Of a stretch of 64,000 bases of DNA, positions 58,833 through 64,000 are shown piece by piece (within the stretch, counting starts at the first letter, position 1; the number at the start of each line of letters is the position of its first letter). Made by a program: the position numbers and the translations under genes. Below the pieces are notes generated by a model. The model saw only the letters and a program-made list of their open reading frames with translations, ran no database searches and had not been told where the DNA came from. The stretch is from IMG/VR virus record IMGVR_UViG_3300020469_000013. One strand, 5' to 3'. Source of the DNA: an uncultured virus (IMG/VR IMGVR_UViG_3300020469_000013) (lineage: Duplodnaviria > Heunggongvirae > Uroviricota > Caudoviricetes > Kyanoviridae).

Positions 58833-60508
58833 ATATTATAGGACTCTATGGTACAATTGAAAATCCAGAAGCAGTTAGTCATGATTCTGGTGCAACTTTA
58901 TTTGTAGATGGGTATCATATTAGAAGTATAAATGAAGAGCGTTTGAGTAGGATAAAAGAGGATGGTAGTTTTCCTTTTAAATCTATTGATTATGTTCTAG
59001 GAGATTATTCTAAAGAGGATATTGATGTAGTATGTTATGTTCCAACATATCCTTGGAATAATCTTTTTAAATATAGCGAAGTTACTACCTCAGATCATAA
59101 AATTTGGTATGAGGGAAAAGAAAAAGAAGCAAGTAAATTACTAAGAGATATATTTCCATGTGCAGATGTTTGGTTTTTATCACATCATTTGTGTCATGCA
59201 GCATCTACTGTATTTACTTCTCCATTTAATAGTGGAAGTTTTCTAACATTAGATGGTTTAGGTAGTGGACTATGGGATTTTGCTACTGGTAATATTCGTG
59301 GTGGAGAAAATAATAGTATAGGATATTTCAATAAGAAAAAAAAGATTTTTAGATTCTTTCGTATGCCTGGTGATGTTGGTGAGAATTCTTTTGGAGAATT
59401 TTATTGTCAATGGTCTAAGATGATATATGAGGGTAAGTGTAAAGAGATGGGTAAAGATTATGAAGATGATAAGACACCAAAAGAAGGGAAGATAATGGGT
59501 CTTGCATCATATGGAAATAAACTAGATGCACCTAAACCATATACACTTGCTAATGATTATGCCAAAGAATTATTTGATATTGAAAAATATGACTTTGGGC
59601 ATAATGTAGCAAATTTCTATGACTATAGTATGGTATTTAATTCTCTTCAAGGAAGTTTAGAAGATAAAGCATATTATCTACAAAGATCATTTGAAGATGC
59701 TATACTTGGGTTAGTTGAATCTTTACAAGAAGATGGTTATCTAGAAGATGATCATTGTTTTGCTGGTGGATCTTTCCTTAATGTATGTGCTAATAGTTTA
59801 TTAAAACCATTGTTTAATAACATGCATATACCACCATATACAAATGACTCTGGTATTCATTTTGGAGCAGCAGCATGGGGTGCTTATAAAACTGGAAGCA
59901 ATCCTCGTATGCCAAAGAACAATATAACATATCTTGGAAAATCTTATGAAGATTTTATTCCTGATGAAGAGAATATGGAATACTATGAAGACTTTGATTT
60001 GTTATGCGAGACAGTTGCTTTTGAACTTGAGAAAAATAAAATTGTAGGATGGTTTCAAGGTAGATCAGAACATGGTCCTCGTGCTCTTGGTAATCGTTCT
60101 ATTCTTATGAGTCCTGCTCTAGCAGAAAATAAAGACACCTTGAATAAGAGAATAAAACATCGTGAGCATTGGAGACCGTATGCTGGTATAATGTTAGAAG
60201 AAAGAATAGATGATTATTTTCTTGAGGGTGAACTAACACCATACATGCTAAGTTCTCAGCATGCTATAAATGATAGGATACCTGCCATTACTCATGAGGA
60301 TAAAACTTGTAGGATTCAAACTGTTAATAAGAAACAGAATCCTAAAATATATCATCTACTATCTAAATTTGAAGATCCTATTCTTTTAAATACATCATTC
60401 AATAAGAGTGGAGAACCTATCATAGAAACTCCAGAAGATGCTATTAAAGGATTTAAAAATATGGATCTAGATTTTCTTGTTATTGGGAATTACATACTAT
60501 GGAATTAA
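58829..60508 (+). CDS. NodU/CmcH-family carbamoyltransferase
   Basis: HDSGA, EERLSRIK, HH..HA, DG.G, EGKIMGLASYG, GRSE.GPRALGNRS, R.QTV, LNTSFN..GEPI. Confidence 0.92.
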   Translation: MNIIGLYGTIENPEAVSHDSGATLFVDGYHIRSINEERLSRIKEDGSFPFKSIDYVLGDYSKEDIDVVCYVPTYPWNNLFKYSEVTTSDHKIWYEGKEKEASKLLRDIFPCADVWFLSHHLCHAASTVFTSPFNSGSFLTLDGLGSGLWDFATGNIRGGENNSIGYFNKKKKIFRFFRMPGDVGENSFGEFYCQWSKMIYEGKCKEMGKDYEDDKTPKEGKIMGLASYGNKLDAPKPYTLANDYAKELFDIEKYDFGHNVANFYDYSMVFNSLQGSLEDKAYYLQRSFEDAILGLVESLQEDGYLEDDHCFAGGSFLNVCANSLLKPLFNNMHIPPYTNDSGIHFGAAAWGAYKTGSNPRMPKNNITYLGKSYEDFIPDEENMEYYEDFDLLCETVAFELEKNKIVGWFQGRSEHGPRALGNRSILMSPALAENKDTLNKRIKHREHWRPYAGIMLEERIDDYFLEGELTPYMLSSQHAINDRIPAITHEDKTCRIQTVNKKQNPKIYHLLSKFEDPILLNTSFNKSGEPIIETPEDAIKGFKNMDLDFLVIGNYILWN

Positions 60509-60873
60509 AAGACTGGTTAAATTCAATTAATCTTAACAAGAAAGATATTCTTGAAGAAGATCCTGATGCAAAGTATCCTGCATATATTGTAAATCGTTGC
60601 TTATCAGGTCACCTTGATTGCATCATGTATGCTAACGAGATGAATAGATTTCCTAATCTAGATAAGGACATGCAATATAATTTTATGCTAAATGGAATCA
60701 GAAAGAAAAAGCGTTTTGCTCCTTGGTTAAAGCAAGAAAGGATTGACGATTTAGATCTTGTAAAAAAATATTATAAGTATAATACTGAGAAAGCAAAACA
60801 AGCATTAAGAATATTAACTCCAGATCAACTTCAATATATAAAACAGAAAATGGATATCGGTGGTATTAAGTGA
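60499..60873 (+). CDS. gp62: Clamp loader small subunit gp62
   Basis: LKDWLNSIN, Y..YIVNRCLS, NEMN, RKKKRF.PW. Confidence 0.92.
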   Translation: MELKDWLNSINLNKKDILEEDPDAKYPAYIVNRCLSGHLDCIMYANEMNRFPNLDKDMQYNFMLNGIRKKKRFAPWLKQERIDDLDLVKKYYKYNTEKAKQALRILTPDQLQYIKQKMDIGGIK

Positions 60874-61691
60874 TAAAAGTTTTAAGTATTGATATTGATT
60901 ATTGTTTTCCTGTAGTAGATGACTGGCCTAATGATAATAATGAACTATGGGAAGAGTGGCATCCTTATACAAAGTGGAAACAATATTTTGAAAAGTATCC
61001 TGATTTGAATGATAGGACAAAGATAATTGATGAAGAGTGTTTGGATTATATGTTAGAAACATATACTAGAGCACTTGGAGCATCTCCTAATGCTACAGTT
61101 TCTTTTGGATTTGATCATGATATGATACTTAAAGATCTTCCTAAAGGAAAGATTGATCTAGTTAACATAGATCATCATGATGATTTTTTAGCAGGATCTT
61201 ATATCGGTGATGATAATGAAGGATTTAACGAGTATCTTGCTTCTCATCTATTAGAATATCATTATGCTCATACCTATGGTAAAGTTGATGAGGGTAGTTG
61301 GGGTGCATACCTACATCATCAAGGAAGACTGAATAGTATGACTTGGATTCGTAATGAAGGAGTCAAGGAAGTTGATACTCGTACTCCAGTTAATAAATTT
61401 ATATGTGAGAATGTGGGTGAACCTGCTAAATGGAAATCCTGTCATGCTCATGAGTATGATCATGGAGACTATGTTTATGATCATATCTTTGTTTGTTTAT
61501 CTCCAATGTATTTTCCATTACCTGTTTGGGATACCTTTAGTGTATTCCTTGGCATCTATGAAAAACAAAGTGGAAAGGATTGTAAGATGAATGAATGGTG
61601 GGATAAAAGATATATCAATAGGATGGCTTATGGTAAGGCATATGAGGAAGTTTATGCAGCACTTCAGAATGTCAAGAAGTCCCTAAACTAA
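60870..61691 (+). CDS. Ureohydrolase/arginase-fold-like hypothetical protein (UPF0489-like)
   Basis: LSIDIDY, H..I, NIDHHDD, EGSW, D.IF.C.SP.Y. Confidence 0.55.
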   Translation: MIKVLSIDIDYCFPVVDDWPNDNNELWEEWHPYTKWKQYFEKYPDLNDRTKIIDEECLDYMLETYTRALGASPNATVSFGFDHDMILKDLPKGKIDLVNIDHHDDFLAGSYIGDDNEGFNEYLASHLLEYHYAHTYGKVDEGSWGAYLHHQGRLNSMTWIRNEGVKEVDTRTPVNKFICENVGEPAKWKSCHAHEYDHGDYVYDHIFVCLSPMYFPLPVWDTFSVFLGIYEKQSGKDCKMNEWWDKRYINRMAYGKAYEEVYAALQNVKKSLN

Positions 61692-61694
61692 ATA
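61687..61694 (+). promoter_or_regulatory. Late promoter variant ACTAAATA upstream of regA
   Basis: TAAATA core 26 nt before start. Confidence 0.5.
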
Positions 61695-61720
61695 GAAATA
61701 CTGAATTTTATCTTAGTATA

Positions 61721-62167
61721 ATGAGCGTTGTCGTTGAACCGACCTATGATTGGTCGCCTGATCTAATGGTTGAAGTCGCATTAAGTGAACCAGATGACTT
61801 CTTAAAGGTACGAGAGACCTTAACAAGAATAGGTGTTGCTTCCCGTAAAGAAAAGAAATTATACCAGTCGTGTCATATACTACATAAACAGGGACGATAT
61901 TACATTGTTCATTTCAAAGAATTATTTGCATTAGATGGAAAAAGAGCTAACCTTACTATTAACGATGTGCAGCGTAGGAATCGTATTTCTCAGTTGCTTG
62001 CTGATTGGGGCTTGATTTCTATCAAAGAATCTGTTAGAATACAAGACATTGCACCTCTGAATCAAATCAAGGTTTTATCTTACAAGGATAAAGGCAACTG
62101 GATTTTAGAAACTAAGTACAACATTGGTCGCAAAACTAAAACATCAGAAGAAGAAACTGAGTCATGA
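61721..62167 (+). CDS. regA: Translational repressor RegA
   Basis: PDDFLKVRETLTRIGVAS, LYQSCHILHKQG.YYIVHFKELF. Confidence 0.96.
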   Translation: MSVVVEPTYDWSPDLMVEVALSEPDDFLKVRETLTRIGVASRKEKKLYQSCHILHKQGRYYIVHFKELFALDGKRANLTINDVQRRNRISQLLADWGLISIKESVRIQDIAPLNQIKVLSYKDKGNWILETKYNIGRKTKTSEEETES

Positions 62168-62793
62168 CTACGAAAAAATGGATAGCATTGGGTTTGGGAG
62201 GTCTAGTTGGTCTCACTTACATTGGTGCAATAGGAACAATTGCTAGAAAGGAACCTGTGGAAAGTAGATTTCCTAGTCTTCCTGTTGGTCCTTACACATC
62301 ATATAGAGTTAAGAGTAATGCAGATGGGTCATATGAAATGGCATACAGAGCAAATGATCCTTTAGTTATGTCTAATGTAAAAGATATAAACAAGTCGGGT
62401 GGATTCTTGGGTAGTAAGAAAGAGAATATACAAACAACTGAAATGTATACAATGGATGGAGCAGTTCATCATGGAGGACCAGTTAGTAGCACTAGTGCAT
62501 GGATAGATCCATCTGCACAAGGTAAGAGTACTAAAGAACAAGCAGCAGCAATCAGTGCTAAGACAATAGCTTGTATTGAAGCTGCTGGATCTGGTAGAGG
62601 AACAGGTAGTGTAGTTGGAAGTAGCGTTGCTGCTGGAACAGTTGCTCCTGCATTAGCAAACATACCATTCGTAGGTTGGGTTGCTGCTGGATTCGTTACT
62701 ATGTTCGGTGCAGATAAGGGCGGTGATATAGGTGCTGACTTGTCAACATCATACGCAGGATGCGATGATATAGATATTCCACATACTAAGTGA
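62164..62793 (+). CDS. Hypothetical membrane-associated protein with glycine-zipper C-terminus
   Basis: N-terminal hydrophobic helix, Y.ANDP, G..VG..V.A...IPFVGW.AAG...G...G. Confidence 0.7.
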   Translation: MTTKKWIALGLGGLVGLTYIGAIGTIARKEPVESRFPSLPVGPYTSYRVKSNADGSYEMAYRANDPLVMSNVKDINKSGGFLGSKKENIQTTEMYTMDGAVHHGGPVSSTSAWIDPSAQGKSTKEQAAAISAKTIACIEAAGSGRGTGSVVGSSVAAGTVAPALANIPFVGWVAAGFVTMFGADKGGDIGADLSTSYAGCDDIDIPHTK

Positions 62794-63527
62794 AGCATTA
62801 TATATTTGATGTAGATGGGACTCTTACACCTAGTAGGAGTCAGATTAATAGTGCATTTCAAGCATTGTTTATAAAATTTTGCTGTACATATCCTGTATAT
62901 CTGGTTACTGGTAGTGACAGAGAGAAGACAGTTGACCAACTTGGTCTTGATATTTGCTATAGAGCAACGAGAGTATACAATTGCTCTGGTAGTGATGCTT
63001 ATGAAAGAGATGTTAATGTCTATAGAGATGATTGGGAACTACCAATGGATGTAGAAAGGTTTTTGAATGATGAGTTGGCATATAGTTGCTTTCCTATTCG
63101 TAATGGATTGCATATTGAAAGGAGACCTGGTGGAGTAAATTTTAGTATCTTGGGTAGAGGAGAAGATCCATCTGTAGGTAGAGCAGAATATATTAAATGG
63201 GATAAAGAAAGATTGGAAAGAGAAGATATTGCAAATAGACTTAGAAATAATTTTCCTAATTTATCTGTAGCACTAGGAGGACAGACTGGTCTTGACTTAG
63301 GACCTTTAGGTAGTGATAAGAGTCAGATTCTTAGAGACTTTAGACTGGGAGAAGAGTTACATTTCTTTGGTGACAGGATGGAAGAAGGAGGAAATGATCA
63401 TAGTTTAGGGAAAGCAGTACAAGAAATGGGTGGTAAAGCGTACCATGTCAAGGATTGGAAAGAGACTGAAGGTATTATAATTAGTAGTGTCGCCGAAAGG
63501 GACAACAAAAAACAACTCGCTTATTAA
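62790..63527 (+). CDS. HAD-family phosphomannomutase-like enzyme
   Basis: FDVDGTLTPSR, VTGSD, IE.R.G.VNFS..GR, GG....D, FFGD....GGND. Confidence 0.85.
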   Translation: MKHYIFDVDGTLTPSRSQINSAFQALFIKFCCTYPVYLVTGSDREKTVDQLGLDICYRATRVYNCSGSDAYERDVNVYRDDWELPMDVERFLNDELAYSCFPIRNGLHIERRPGGVNFSILGRGEDPSVGRAEYIKWDKERLEREDIANRLRNNFPNLSVALGGQTGLDLGPLGSDKSQILRDFRLGEELHFFGDRMEEGGNDHSLGKAVQEMGGKAYHVKDWKETEGIIISSVAERDNKKQLAY

Positions 63528-63535
63528 GGAGAACT
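63488..63535 (+). promoter_or_regulatory. Structured hsp20 leader: GAAA-tetraloop hairpin plus SD-sequestering hairpin (ROSE-like thermometer candidate)
   Basis: TGTC-G-CC-GAAA-GG-GACA and CTC-G-CTT-ATT-AAG-GAG. Confidence 0.65.
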
Positions 63536-63964
63536 ATGACTAACCTATCAAGGTATCACGCTGCCAACCTTCCAGAATTAATGAAGGTCATAAGAGAAAA
63601 TGGTATAGGGATGGATGACTATCTCAATCGTTTTTGGGATGATACCACAACAAGTAATTACCCACCTTACAATCTCATCACTGTAAGTAACACAGAATCT
63701 AGACTAGAGATTGCTCTAGCAGGATTTAAAAAGGATGAGGTTAAGGTTTATACAGAGTATGGTAGACTCACTGTAGAAGGAAACAAAGAAGTTAAGGAAG
63801 ATACAACTTACGCACATAGAGGACTTGCACAAAGATCCTTTAATAGATCATGGACTATTGCTGAAGACACTATTGTCAATGAAGCAAACTTTGAAGATGG
63901 GTTACTAACTGTTACTCTTGGTAAGGTAGTTCCAGAGCATCATCAGCGTAAAGATTGGATCTAA
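63536..63964 (+). CDS. hsp20: Small heat-shock protein Hsp20
   Basis: NYPPYNL, LEIALAGF, HRGLAQRSF.R.W, F.DGLL. Confidence 0.95.
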   Translation: MTNLSRYHAANLPELMKVIRENGIGMDDYLNRFWDDTTTSNYPPYNLITVSNTESRLEIALAGFKKDEVKVYTEYGRLTVEGNKEVKEDTTYAHRGLAQRSFNRSWTIAEDTIVNEANFEDGLLTVTLGKVVPEHHQRKDWI

Positions 63965-64000
63965 CTAGGCATAAATTTTTGTTAACGGAAATCAATTTAT

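Noticed and set aside
1378..62939. Numerous minus-strand and alternate-frame ORFs of 60-156 aa in the ORF track
   Set aside because: All lie inside well-supported + strand genes, have no recognisable motifs and reflect codon-pattern shadows
1..64000. Stop-codon reassignment
   Set aside because: TAA, TAG and TGA all end genes at tight junctions and core genes are full length in the standard code

Overview
64 kb from a T4-like marine cyanomyovirus (low GC, gene order typical of Prochlorococcus/Synechococcus myophages). All credible genes are on the + strand. 1-42.5 kb is the late structural module: a 5'-truncated giant baseplate protein (gp7-like), gp8, a VrlC-like giant, a 2373-aa fibre, gp13-15, gp16/17, gp18-23 and gp3, with two small-ORF islands flanking gp17. 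42.5-64 kb is the recombination/replication module (uvsY, uvsW, gp55, gp47, gp46, HExxH-vWA plus CobS-like AAA, gp45, gp44, gp62, regA, hsp20), heavily interleaved with accessory enzymes: two DNA methyltransferases each overlapping a small PD-(D/E)XK nuclease gene, three 2OG-Fe(II) oxygenases, a carbamoyltransferase, a ureohydrolase-like protein and a HAD phosphomannomutase. Most notable: (i) two MTase+nuclease couples, one nuclease flanked by a 12-bp direct repeat, together with apparent absence of CCGG; (ii) a ROSE-like RNA thermometer before hsp20; (iii) nested 'Russian-doll' domain insertions in the gp7-like protein, with a permuted copy of the same module in the fibre; (iv) a duplicated promoter element whose hairpin shows a compensatory change. 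Family assignments come from motif recognition and synteny only; no searches were run.
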